64,000 nucleotides of DNA from the NCBI GenBank assembly GCA_004431415.1, contig QPMI01000221.1:15546-79545 (forward strand). The letters are read 5' to 3'. How positions within the stretch are numbered: the first letter of the stretch is position 1; each line of letters begins with the position of its first letter. A program made the position numbers and the translations under genes. Shown piece after piece: positions 22,701 through 33,857 of this stretch. Below the pieces are notes generated by a model. The model worked only from the letters and a program-made list of their open reading frames with translations. It was not told the DNA's origin and made no database searches. The DNA is from Cyanophora paradoxa CCMP329 (Eukaryota; Plantae; Glaucophyta).

Positions 22701-23977
22701 ATATAGCATCGATGTGCAGGGGTGCGGAGGCAAGGGCACACGGAAAGCTTTGCAGGCCTGGCCAGGATCGAATTTTCGGGGTCGGCTGGATTCTCGCGCC
22801 CTGTCGCATCTCTAGAGTTCGCGAAAAGCTTGACAAAGATCTCAAACTACTGTTGTAGGGATGCGCACGCGTGAGGATGCGAGGGCGCGCGGAAAGCTGT
22901 GCAGGTCCGTCCAGGATCGAATTTTCGGCGTCGGCTGGGTCCTCGCGGCCCGGCGCATTTAGAGACCGTGCGGAATGCTTTGTCTACATCTCAAATGCTT
23001 ATACTATTGCTCCGCGCATGCGCCGCGGCGTTGGCGCGCGGAAAGCTGTCCAGGTTTGTGCAGGATCGAATTTTTGATGTCCGGTACCTTCTTGCGCTAT
23101 TCCGGCTCCGAAAAGCAGATTTCGGGGTGCGCAGGCCCTGCTATGTCTATGCGCGCCAGTACGCATCGAATGCGCGCCTCGCGGAACCGGCCGGAACCGG
23201 CCGGATCAAATTTTCGGCCTACTGTTCGGACTGGAGCGTTGACGGCGCCCGAAATCGAGCTTGCGTCGATGCGCTCGCCCTCGCCCGTCACTCTTTATCG
23301 TTCTGGGGCGTCCCTGGCGCGATTTCGTCGCGGGACCGGCGGGACCGGGTCCCACCTTCTGACCTGGACTGCATTTGTCGGAGGTTAAGGACCGGATTTG
23401 ATCCAGAGGGAAATTTGATATTCGCGCGACGCCCACGGGGAGCGGTCGTCTTAGGGAGCCAGGACGCTAAAAATGGATCTAGAGAGGTGTGTGGGGGTTA
23501 GGGTAGCTGAGTCATTAGCGGCAATCGTGACCGTGTCGAGGCAGAATTAATAATTCTGCCTCGAGGGAGTGCGACACGGAAATTATTTATCAGGGGGGAT
23601 CTCGAGTGGAAAAAAAGGTTAAAAAAGGAATTTATATCGGCAGAATTAATAATTCTGCCTCGAGGGAGTGCGACACGGAAATTATTTATCAGGGGGGATC
23701 TCGAGTGGAAAAAAAGGTTAAAAAAGGAATTTATATCGGCGGTTTTTGGGTTTGAGAAAGAGGCTTCGCCTGAAAGAGGCTTCGCCTGAAAGAGGCTTCG
23801 CCTGATTGCCATGGCGATAAATTGCCGAAACGCTGGATTTCTTCTATGGCGCCATACAAAAGCGGTTGCTTACGCCTACCCCCTGAGCATTGCCGCGGCT
23901 CTAAATTGCCGAATTCGGCCTCTCGGCAATTAAATTTACGGCAATTTAAAACATCGGCTAAAAAAGCAATCCTACAG
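19740..23977. mobile_element. ~230-bp TA-flanked MITE (Tc1/mariner-type ends) split by the Helitron-like array
   Basis: TIRs CTGTAGGAATGCTT / AAGCAATCCTACAG, with TA at 19738-19739 and 23978-23979. The two halves are 19740-19797 and 23806-23977. Confidence 0.75.
19798..23805 (-). mobile_element. Array of three non-autonomous Helitron/HINE-like units (subtypes X-Y-X)
   Basis: Units at 19798-21138, 21139-22307 and 22308-23757, plus three 16-bp caps at 23758-23805. Element-strand ends are 5'-TC..CTTG-3'. A hairpin GTGCTCCGCAGGAGCAC lies 8 nt from the 3' end, and there is an 11-bp subterminal IR GGCGAAGCCTC. Inserted A^T without a TSD. Confidence 0.8.
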
Positions 23978-24252
23978 TATGACGGTCCCAAATAATTATG
24001 TCATTATGAAATTTCCGAGCTTGTCTGGGGCGGTCAATTGTATGCATGGGGCGACTTACTATAGCCCGGGCCCGTTTTATGACGGTCCCAAATAATGTCG
24101 TTATGTCGTCATGTCCGAGGCGACATAATTTGGGGATGACATATTTAAGTGAGTGAGTGTTACACCGTTACCTGGGGCTTTAAGCCTTCAACTAGCTACT
24201 AGGCTAGCCTTCAAGCCTTCAACTTGGCTGCTGAATCAGTGCTGATCATGAC

Positions 24253-25107
24253 TAGGCCTGATGCTTGACCCCCCCCGGCTTCAAGCCAAGCCAAGCCAAA
24301 TTTTGGCCTTCCGGAGTCAAGCCAAGCCAAGCACCCGAGCCGGCCGGCTCAAATGCTTGGCCCCTCGGCTAGGTCAAATATTTGTCAAATGCTTGAGGGG
24401 GGGGGTACCCCATGTACGCCCCATGCAGGTTGAAAAGCTGCGGCGGGCTCAGGCAGGGCCGGCCGCACACTGTGCGCGCGCGCGCCCGCATACCTCGTCG
24501 AGCCAGTGGATCGTGAAGCTGATGTACGACTTGCGCCCCTCGCGATCGCTCGTCCCGGAGAGTCCAGATATCGATGACGTCGACGTCGGACGTTGCAATT
24601 GCGTGCACGTGGCGCGTGCACACGTCGTATACGTAGATGCGGTTCGCGCCCTGAAACAGCATCGATCTGACCGACTTCCGCTGGCGCGCGTGCTCCGCCA
24701 GGATGATCCGCCTGATCGTCCCGCGATCCGTCGGACGATAGCGCTAGCGCGCTAGCTTATATATAGCTTCTGCGGCCGAGTGAGCGGGCGTCGCGCGCGC
24801 GCGGGCCGGGCGGGCGCGCGCGGGGGCACGGAATTTTTCGAATGAGATGTTGCCGGACGCGTCCTTGCCGATGACTGACTGCGTGGATTTGCCCTTCTAG
24901 ATCTCCTTCGGCGGCATTGCTGCTGGCTGCCTGGCTAGCGCTGAGCCTACTTCGCTGTGCCTAAGTATGGCCCTTCCCCCCCCTGCTCCCCCCCCCCCCC
25001 ATAATATTTGCAAGTATCTTCAAGCACGGCTTTCTGGCTCAAATGCTTGGGGCTAGAGGTCAAGCCAAGTGCTTGAGGCAAATGCTTGACCCCAAGCAGC
25101 AGGCCTA
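24253..25107. mobile_element. Non-autonomous hAT transposon (855 bp)
   Basis: 15-bp TIRs TAGGCCTG(A/C)TGCTTG; 8-bp TSD ATCATGAC at 24245-24252 and 25108-25115; subterminal caagc/gcttg repeats. Confidence 0.9.
24408..24575 (-). pseudogene. hAT transposase remnant (first catalytic Asp region)
   Basis: DIWT..(frameshift)..GRKSYISFTIHWLDE|LFNLHGAYMG with a GT-AG intron at 24438-24493. It matches the hAT DxWT..Y...T.HW.D motif. Confidence 0.75.
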
Positions 25108-25559
25108 ATCATGACATGATGACTCCGGATCCGGCGCCGGAACTTTCAAGTTTCGGAATTAAATCCCGGAGTCCGATCCGACGTCGATATTATTCGACGA
25201 TATATCGACGTTAACGCGATCCCGGATTTCCGGAATATCAATCGATCCGGATTCCGGATCCGCGCCGATTCCGCGGACCCCATGGCCACGTGCACGGCCG
25301 GACTCCGGGATCGGCCCGGAATTCGAAAGAAGTTTTAAATAACAACAGGACATGCCATATATATATGCCATGATGTAAACATAATATATATAGTGATAAA
25401 AGCTTTTAAGTTTTAAAATTTGTGCGATCTATATATATAGATATATATATCACGCAAATATAGTGCTCAGAATTTCCCGCCTGCTAATTAATAATTATAA
25501 AGCCAAACGTCGACGTCGACGTGGACGATCAACCGACCGATCGCGAAGCACAAAGAATG

Positions 25560-26754
25560 TCAGGCGAAGCCTCTTTCTCAAACCCAAAAACCGCCGATAT
25601 AAATTCCTTTTTTAACCTTTTTTTCCACTCAAGATCCCCCCCGCTAAATAATTTCCGCGTCGCACTCCCTCGAGGACGAATTATTAATTCTGCCTCGACA
25701 CGGACGCGATTGCCGCTAATGACTCAGCTACCCTAACCCCCACAGACCTCTCTAGATCCATTTTTAGCGTCGTGGCTCCCCTAAGACGACCGCTCGCCCG
25801 TGGGCGTCGCGCGAAAATCGAATTTCCCTCTGGATCAATTCCGGTACTTAACCTCCGACAAATGCAGTCCGAGTCAGAAGGTGGGACCCGGTCCCGCCCG
25901 GTCCCGCGACGAAATCGCGCCAGGGACGCCCAGAACGATACAGAATGCCGCGCGAGGGCGAGCGCATCGCCGCAAGCTCGATTTCAAGCGCCGTCGACGC
26001 TCCAGTGCGAAGAGTCGGCCGAAAATTTGATCCAGCGCTAGCCGGTCCCGCCCGGTCCCGCGACGCGCGCAATCGATGCGTACTGGCGCGCATGGACATA
26101 GCAGGGCCTGCGCACCCCGAAATCCGCTTTTCGGAGCCGGAACAGCGCAGGAAGGTACCCGACGGCCAAAATTCGATCCTGCACGCGCCCTGACATCTTT
26201 CCGCGCGCCCACGCCGCGGCGCATGCGCGGAACGATAGCATAAGCATTTAAGATGTAGGCAAAGTCTTCCGCACGCTTTGCGTATGCGACGGGCCGCGAG
26301 GACCCAGCCGACCCCGAAAATTCGATCCTGCATGGACCTGCACATCTTTCCGCGCGCCCTCGCCTCGAGCTCCGCAGCCCCGCACATCGATGCTATAGCT
26401 ATATGCATTCAAGATTCTGTTTAAGCGATTCGCAAGCTCTGTGCATGCGCCTGGCCGCGAGAACCTTGCCCCTCCCGGGCCTCCCTCTCAACAATATTAT
26501 ATATAATTCATCTCCTCTAATCTCAACCTGCTCCGGCCTCCCTTTATTTCCTCAGTACATTAATATTCCTCTAGTTATATTCCTCTAGCCGGCCAGCGGT
26601 AGCTGGACTGGCCGTCAGCCGGCCAGCTTCCAACCAGAAAGCTGTTCGCGATCGGCCAGGCCGCTGGCCAGTGCCCTATAGGCCTACTGTGACAGCCGCG
26701 AGGGCGTCCGCGAGGCTTCGCCGTACTTAGTGCTCCGCAGGAGCACGGATCTTG
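25560..26754 (+). mobile_element. Single Helitron/HINE-like element (subtype Y, 1195 bp)
   Basis: Starts TCAGGCGAAGCCTCTT-TCTCAAACCC and ends GAGGCTTCGCCGTACTTAGTGCTCCGCAGGAGCACGGATCTTG before a T. Near-identical reverse complement of 21139-22307. Confidence 0.85.
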
Positions 26755-26869
26755 TTTTTTGTTGAGAAACTTCCGAGAAATTAATTGGGTCACAATTTAA
26801 TTTTGGTGTCGTGAATCTCGTGATCACGATGAATGCGATAAATCAAAACATTTAACGTACTGTGACATA

Positions 26870-27109
26870 CTGTAAACGTAGGAATCTTCGACAGCGTCTT
26901 TATTTCGTCTATATTCGTCAGCCCTGCACTTTGACGAATATTTGATACTCTTGAACTGAAATTTTGAATGGAAGGGGTACTAACGGCTGACCCTTCTATG
27001 GCGGAGTCGCGGGGCTGACGAAAATTTGATGCTGTCGAACCATATATTTTCGTCACGATTTTCGGGTTTTGTCGAAATTAAGTCTCGACGAACATTTCTA
27101 CGTTTACAG
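26870..27109. mobile_element. 240-bp TA-flanked MITE
   Basis: TIRs CTGTAAACGTAG(G/A)AAT match 15/16, with TA on both sides. Confidence 0.8.
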
Positions 27110-27394
27110 TACGATACGCGTACGTATACCGCCGCACGTTACATAACTTTAGTGCCACGGTGATATTACCCGGGGTAGAGGCTGTAGAGCTGCAGGCTGC
27201 AGCTACGGCTCGAGCTTGAACTTGCCTCGAAGCCCCCGGCCCGGAGTTATGCCATGATGATCATGATCATGATCAGCCTCAGATCAGGCCTGAGCTCGAT
27301 CAGGGACCATGGCTCATGATCAGACTCTGAGATATCGATCGCAATCATCCGTCGCAGCTCGGAGCCTGGCCCCGGCCCGGGCCGGCGCCCAGTG

Positions 27395-27674
27395 TGTCGC
27401 GTGCGAGATTAGTGTGTCTAATCGTGCGCGCGGGACGCCCGTGCGGAGTGCAAGCTCGGCAGGGCAGGGAATGGCGAGTGTCGCTGTAGTTAGTCACCAA
27501 ACCTCGACTCTGGGTGTACCCGTCCAGATACGGCGTACCCCGACACGAATACAAGTGACCGCGGCGCTCTAACTAGCCTAGGCGCCGTCGGTCCAGCAGC
27601 TCGAAGGCTGACATAATCTAGAGCCCTAGCGGCTCACAAATATAAATGAGCGTCCGATAATGTCGGATGCGACA
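27395..27674 (-). repeat. 3' LTR
   Basis: TG..CA ends, adjacent to the PPT at 27675-27689. Confidence 0.9.
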
Positions 27675-30462
27675 ACTCCTCCTCTCGGATCCCGCGTCCG
27701 CGCGGGTCTAAATAAATACAAATCGACCGGCTACTGCCGGGAATCGAAAAAAGACTCAGAGTCCGTCCGTGCCTGGCAACTGCCGGGAATAGAAAAGACG
27801 CCGAGCCCGGCTATGTACATGTCCGGCGACTGCCGGGAATCGAAAAGACTGTCGCCCGGCAGGTGCCGCGCCGGCACGACTCCAGCATGTAGTGCCCAGG
27901 GGGCGAGGTCCAACTTCGGGCCGGCGGCCCAGGCAACTCGCACGAGGCGAGCGGAATTGGAAGGGGACAGAAGCCGAGGGGGCCCTGCCCTCATCGCGCA
28001 GCATGTTATATAATTAGCCGCAAAGGCGCACGCTGCAGCAGCAACGCGGGGCGTAGCGTCGCGACAGCGCTCGATAGCCCACAGCGAAATGCCCGTCCCA
28101 ATGTTTAGGGCTAAGCAGCACGTCTAGCGCCGCTGCTCAGGCACACGCCGCGCCTTCACTGCATTTATCACGGCGTCGGATCGGGTTCCCCCGACGGCGG
28201 TGGAGCTAGGAATCTCCAGGGCGAGGCTAGGCGCCGCCCACAAGGCTCAAACCACCGTCACGCGTGACGGCAGGTGCCCTGCCCGACCCGTGCATGCATG
28301 TCCATCACGAGGGGGACGTGACCCTCCCAGGCGAACTGCCACCGAGCGTCCCGGTGCAGAGCCCTGAATGGGGGAATTGTGCGTCCCCAGTCGTCGTGCC
28401 CGGAGTGGGATCCGGCGCCACGACCGCCTGCGTGTACCCCCACCGGCGCAAGGCGCGCCCTGGTGCCACGCCAGGTCTTACACGGAGGGGGAATTGGTCA
28501 TCCCCTGTCGTCGTACCCGGAGCGGAATCCGGCGTCACGACCGCCTGCGTGTACCTCCGCCGGCGCAAGGCGCGCCCTGGTACCACGCCAGGACTTCCAT
28601 AAGGAGGCATTTTCCTCTCCTGTCGCTGTACCCGGGGCAGGACCCGGCGTCACAGCCGCCTACCGACCCTTCTGCAGACGCAGGGCGCGTCCTAGGGCTC
28701 GGCTAGGTCTTTGCAAGGGTCTCCCGCCCTGTCACCGCGCCGAGCTGTGCTCAAGGCTAACGGCCGCCCGCGGCTCATCCTTCCGCCCGGGACTTACTGA
28801 GGGACGCTCGCCCTGTCGCCATGCCGAGCTGTGCTCAAGGCTCCCGGCCGCCCGTGGCTCACCCTTTCCGCCCGGGACTTTCGCGATGTTTCGCGGGGCT
28901 CTGGGCCCGTCTCAGCCCAACCCTTCACGGGCGGCTCTTCACAAAGCGCTGCTCAAGGGCTAGCGCAGCCGCTCTCCTGTCCTCGCCCTCTCGCGGGGTC
29001 GGGACGCAGCTCAGAGCCGGCTTTCTAGATCTCATGATCAAGCCGCTCCCGCCGGAGCCGTTGGCACTGTGGCCGTGGCTTCCGGCCTGGACCACCCGCC
29101 GCCTTGACCGCCTTGGGGCCAGGCCGGCCGCATGCGAGACGGGACTCATGGGTGTCCTTCTGGCGCCGCCTCAACAGGCCGGCCGCCGGGTCTCCAAGCT
29201 CCTAGCTTGTGAGCAGGGCTCGCGGCCCGTCGCACGCTCGGCCTGCAGCCGCAGCGTGCCGCCTGGGTGCCAACTTGTCGGGCAGTTCACCAGGTCTTTG
29301 GGCTGGGCACCAGGCCCTTGCCCGCTAACGTTCGGTCCGGGCCCCGGAACCAACACGTGCGGCCTGGGCGCTAACTTGGCGGGCATCACCAGGACTTTAA
29401 GTTCACGATAGTGCAAAGCTCTCGATGGAGCTGCTGGTGCCTGAACGCCTAGGGGCGAGCCAGGACTTTATTTCAGGGCTCGAGCTCTCGAGGGCACTGT
29501 GTGCTCATGATCAAGCTCGCCCTTCATTGGAGCTTGGAAGCTCACGATTTTCGCAGGGGCTCACGGGCCGCCTGTCAAGCTCGCGGCATGCCGTCAGGCG
29601 CTCGCCGGCCGCGGGCCGGGCATCGTGCCTCTGGCATCGAGCTTCTCTTGAGAGTGCATCCCGAGCTCAAGGCTCCGCGGATTACATCTCATTTTGCAAC
29701 GGCAGCTAGGCCGCTCTCAGGCCGAGGAGCTCACGATCGGAGCATTAGCTGCCGCAAGGGCCAGCTACAGCAAGGGCCAGCTCTGGCCGCAAGGCCTGAG
29801 GCCACTTTCCTGGACTTCGCCAGGCCCGTGGACGCACTCATGATCAGCGACTGCATGCGCAGTGCGCCGCGCGAAATCGCAGGCTTTCGACGAGAGAGTC
29901 TTGGAGGGACTCCTCCTCTCGGAAAGACTGGTACCCGCTTGGGGTTTGCGATCTGATCTCGGCCACTGGCCACAGATCTAGATTGAGGCAAGCAGGAGGG
30001 CTCGCAATTGCGGCACCGGCCGTGGGCCTCTTTGCAGGCTTCAGCGAAAGAGGTACTCCTCCTCTCGGAAAGAGGGGCACCCGTGGCCGCTCGGGCTGCT
30101 CGACAGCACTCGATTGGGGCTCTAGATCTCTTTCGCGAGTGCTATTTGATCTTGGCCGGCGGCCACAGATCCAAGCAAGCCTCGGGGCAGGAGGGCTAGC
30201 GGCAGCGCTTGCACTGCTCGTGCAGCATGCCCATGCTCACTCCTCCTCTCGGAAGACGTCGTCCCCGACGTCTGAAATTATGTACAAGTGTACAAATATA
30301 CAGCCTGCTCAGAGGCAGGTATATTGGCCGCTTATTACAGCGACACATGGGGCTCTCGCAGGGGAGGCCCAGGCTCCGCGAAAAATTGAATCGCGGTTAC
30401 GAGCAGGGCTGTTCTGGCGGCTGCCCAAGCCGGCCAGACCCTAGTGCAGCTAGTGCACGTGC

Positions 30463-31988
30463 TCACTCACGCTCCGCCGCAGGGCGTGCGGTTGGAGCCG
30501 CCGAGCTTGAGGGCGCAGGAAGCGCGGGGCGAGCAGCCCGTGTGGGGGGGTCGGAGCAGGCACTGTGGTGGTGCCCTGCCTCGCCACAGCGACCGCAGAC
30601 TTCGTCTGGGTCCTGTTTTCCCTCGTCGGACCAGTACTCTTGCTCGTCGGCAGCATCCTCTTGGATTGCTTTGGCCGATAGTACTGGCCGCGGTGCACCC
30701 AGGGCGTACTGGGGCGAATGGGGTGCGCTTGGGGCACACATTTGCCCAATGACGCCGCGCCGCAACGGGGACGCTAGGGTCATCTGAGCACCCATAGCAG
30801 TCTGAGGGGGGGTACTCGGGGTACCCGAGCTCAGACATGCGCCGCAGCACCTCCGCGACGGCGGCAGGCGAGCGGGACTGCACAGCCCAAGAGGACCCAC
30901 GTGCAGAGATCGAGGGCTGGGCCCTGGGGTCAGCGTCCCGAGGCGCAGCAGGGCCAGGGGAGCTCGAGGACTCATCCTTGGCAAACTTTGCCTGCAGGAT
31001 ACGGGTCCGTTTTGCCTCTGGCGGCTCAGCAGCTGCCGGTGCAGGCGGGAACACGGCGCGGCAGCCGTGGCGCGTGCACTGCTCGATGAAAATATCATCA
31101 AGCTCGAGCGGCGAGACAGCGCCGTCACGGGCAAGGAGGCGCTGCTGCAGCGCAGCGAGGAACTCGCGCATGGTGCGCTCGTTCTCTTTGGCGAAGCCGG
31201 CCATCCGAACCTCAAGGTTCTGATATTCCGGTCCTCGCTCGTCGAGCGGGCCTCGAGCGCGATGCGCAGGCAATCCGCATAGTACGCAGCGAGCCGCTGG
31301 CCCGGCGGCAGTGTGTGCCGCACAAGGGGCATGACCCAGTCATGCCACGAGCGGGGTCCTCGCCCGTGTAGGGCTCAGTGAGGGCCCGGCGGGCCGCATG
31401 TGGGCGCAGCTTGTGAATCCACGCCGTGATCGTATCGAGCAGCCCGGGGGCACGCAAGTACGAGTCACGCACGGCCACGATCGTGGCCTCATCACGCACG
31501 CAGCTCTGCTGCAGAGCGAGAATATTGGCATCATCCTCGGCAGACCGCAGGTTTGCCGGGACAAGCTCGAGACGAGCGAGCGTGGCGCGGTCACGCTCTA
31601 GGAGAGCAACCGAGGCCTCATAGAGGTCACGCTTGCGCTCGATCTCAGCGCGGAGAGCGCCGGGGCGGATTCGCCCAACGATCACTCCGGCTAGTGCCTC
31701 CGACTTTGAGTACTCCTGGCCACCGGCAGAATCCGGGCCAAACAAGTACTTCGTCGGCAGGGCCGACTGGAAGTTCCGCACATCCTTCCGGAACCGGTCG
31801 CCATCGGCGAGGCGCGGATTCGCAGGCAGGAACGCGATCCGCACGGGATCATCGTCCGCCGCAGCGGAGGCAGCAAGTTGCTGCACATGCAAAGCAGCAC
31901 CAGCCTGGGCATGCACAGGCGCGATGTGCGCGAGGGCAGACAGCCGGCTACGGACTTCAGAACTGATCAGTTCAGAAGAGTTTGACAT
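30463..31988 (-). CDS. Gag-like protein with zinc knuckles (frameshifted in this assembly)
   Basis: Starts MSNSSELISSE and crosses three frames. Contains CYGC-x12-HWANVC and the canonical CGRCGEAGHHHSAC (CX2CX4HX4C). Confidence 0.75.
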
Positions 31989-32409
31989 GGTGTTCTCTTT
32001 GCAACGTAAAGCCGCAAGAACAAGATGCCAGGGAGAGCACTAGGCGCGGGATTTGATCTGCAGCTCGCTGCAGAATCCGGCGCGGAGATCTCGCGGTCAC
32101 GCAAGAGCGCGACTCAGGGACACTTAGAGAGCTGCTCGCAGCAGTCTCCGTGGCACGGTTGCTCGCAACCGGCGATGGGACAGGCAATGATGAGACTCTC
32201 GAGAGAGAGCTCGGCGCGTGCGCTTCGGTCTGGGGATGACCCGAAGCCCGCGATAGGCACTAGAGACGTTTCCGGTGCACTACCGTCCAACCGCAAGCGG
32301 TACAGGGCGGCGCACTCAAACGCAAAGCAACCGTGGGGACGGCGCTCGCGCGGAAAGCAGGTCTCTGGCTCCAATAGACACTGGGCAAGGCGGCGCAGCG
32401 ATGCGCGCT

Positions 32410-32481
32410 GCGCGGCGGGGCTGGGGAGAGCGATACGGACTCAGACCCTTGAAGGTTCGATTCCGGCAGAGTGGCGCACCA
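32410..32481 (+). other. Degenerate tRNA-like sequence ending in an encoded CCA, antisense to the LTR element
   Basis: 6/7-paired acceptor GCGCGGC/GTGGCGC-A-CCA, D-loop-like CTGGGGAGAGCG, T loop GGTTCGATTCC. The other stems pair poorly. Confidence 0.4.
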
Positions 32482-32512
32482 GGCGCCGAGACGCGAGTCT
32501 CACATCGGAACG

Positions 32513-32584
32513 GCCCTCTTGGCTCAGTTGGTAGAGCTGTTGCTCTACGAGCCAAGATCCCCGGTTCGGATCCCGCGGACGGGA
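32513..32584 (+). pseudogene. tRNA-derived sequence (Val-TAC-like loop), copy 1 in a 186-bp tandem unit
   Basis: Perfect A box/D arm TGGCTCAGTTGGTAGAGC and B-box-like GGTTCGGATCC. Acceptor, anticodon and T stems are mismatched. Confidence 0.6.
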
Positions 32585-32698
32585 TTTCGGAACGGAGGGG
32601 GAAGAGGCCGGGGGCGCGTTGTAAAAGAGAGCTCAAGCTCGATCAAATTCCCGGCAGTGGCGCACCAGGCGCCGAGACGCGAGTCTCACATCGGAACG

Positions 32699-32770
32699 GC
32701 CCTCTTGGCTCAGTTGGTAGAGCTGTTGCTCTACGAGCCAAGATCCCCGGTTCGGATCCCGCGGACGGGA
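32699..32770 (+). pseudogene. tRNA-derived sequence, copy 2
   Basis: Identical to 32513-32584. The tandem units are 32471-32656 and 32657-32842. Confidence 0.6.
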
Positions 32771-32850
32771 TTTCGGAACGGAGGGGGAAGAGGCCGGGGG
32801 CGCGTTGTAAAAGAGAGCTCAAGCTCGATCAAATTCCCGGCAGTGGCGCC

Positions 32851-33130
32851 TGTCGCGTGCGAGATTAATGTGTCTAATCGTGCGCGCGGGACGCCCGTGC
32901 GGAGTGCAAGCTCGGCAGGGCAGGGAATGGCGAGTGTCGCTGTAGTTAGTCACCAAACCTCGACTCTGGGTGTACCCGTCCAGATACGGCGTACCCCGAC
33001 ACGAATACAAGTGACCGCGGCGCTCTAACTAGCCTAGGCGCCGTCGGTCCAGCAGCTCGAAGGCTGACATAATCTAGAGCCCTAGCGGCTCACAAATATA
33101 AATGAGCGTCCGATAATGTCGGATGCGACA
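32851..33130 (-). repeat. 5' LTR
   Basis: TG..CA ends, adjacent to the PBS-like motif at 32833-32850. Confidence 0.9.
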
Positions 33131-33857
33131 CAGTGAGCCGGGGACCGTCGGACGCCGTGACGCCGTGACGGCCGCGGGTTGGGGGCCGGATGGCACTATG
33201 GCAGCTGCAGGCGCGCATGCATATGCCCGCGATTCCCGGCCTCGCCGGGCTCCGAGGCTCGGCGGTACCCGGTGCCACGTGCACGGTGCGGCCCCGCGCG
33301 CGCGCCGCGGCCGCGCCGGCGCCGTGCGCCGGCCGGCGGCCGTCTGGCCCCTCAGGGGCTGGCCCATGGCCAGTGGCCCGGCGGCCCCTGGCTCGTACTA
33401 CTAGGCTACTAGGGCTACGTCCGTCCAATTTTGTGCACGTGAACTCGGAAAAGAATTTCGAGACGAGCCTCTAACTCATAATAGATACAGAGAGCGGATT
33501 TAAATCTAAAGATCTTTCAATCGGTTGCGATCTCCCACGGCCGCGATCGAGACGGCTGCAGGTTGCGACTTTTTGAGACATTCGCAGCCCACGATCAAAG
33601 CTCGGCCGTGAGGGAGCCACGCTGCAAATAAAAAAAAAACATTCACACGACTCAGTGACGCATCGCGAAACACGCAAAAGCGCCGCGGGGATCAAACCTG
33701 GGATAGGATGAGGTGCAGGGACTCGTTTACGCCCACCACGAATGCCGTGAGCGTTATCTGTGAGGTTGCGGGGCTTAATGCGTGAGAAAATTAAATAACT
33801 ATAATCCCGGCGAGCTGCAGATCGCGACCGGAAGGTCGGATGTGATTGTACAAGATG

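Larger units (their letters stand above)
27395..33130 (-). mobile_element. Young non-autonomous LTR retrotransposon (gag only, 5736 bp)
   Basis: 280-bp LTRs TGTCGC..GCGACA at 27395-27674 and 32851-33130 with one difference that I can see. 5-bp [22 protein letters not shown] beside the left LTR and PBS-like GGCGCCACTGCCGGGAAT beside the right LTR. No RT, RNase H or integrase motifs found. Confidence 0.92.

Noticed and set aside
20348-23501. Repeated ORFs inside the Helitron-like units
   Set aside because: Frames are not conserved between copies and there are no Rep or helicase motifs.
21139-26754. A composite transposon bounded by ~1.2-kb inverted repeats
   Set aside because: The inverted copies are independent insertions of the same Helitron-like element, each with its own termini and no shared TSD.
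32513-32770. Functional tRNA-Val(TAC) genes
   Set aside because: Acceptor, anticodon and T stems each have several mismatches, so they are kept only as tRNA-derived sequences.
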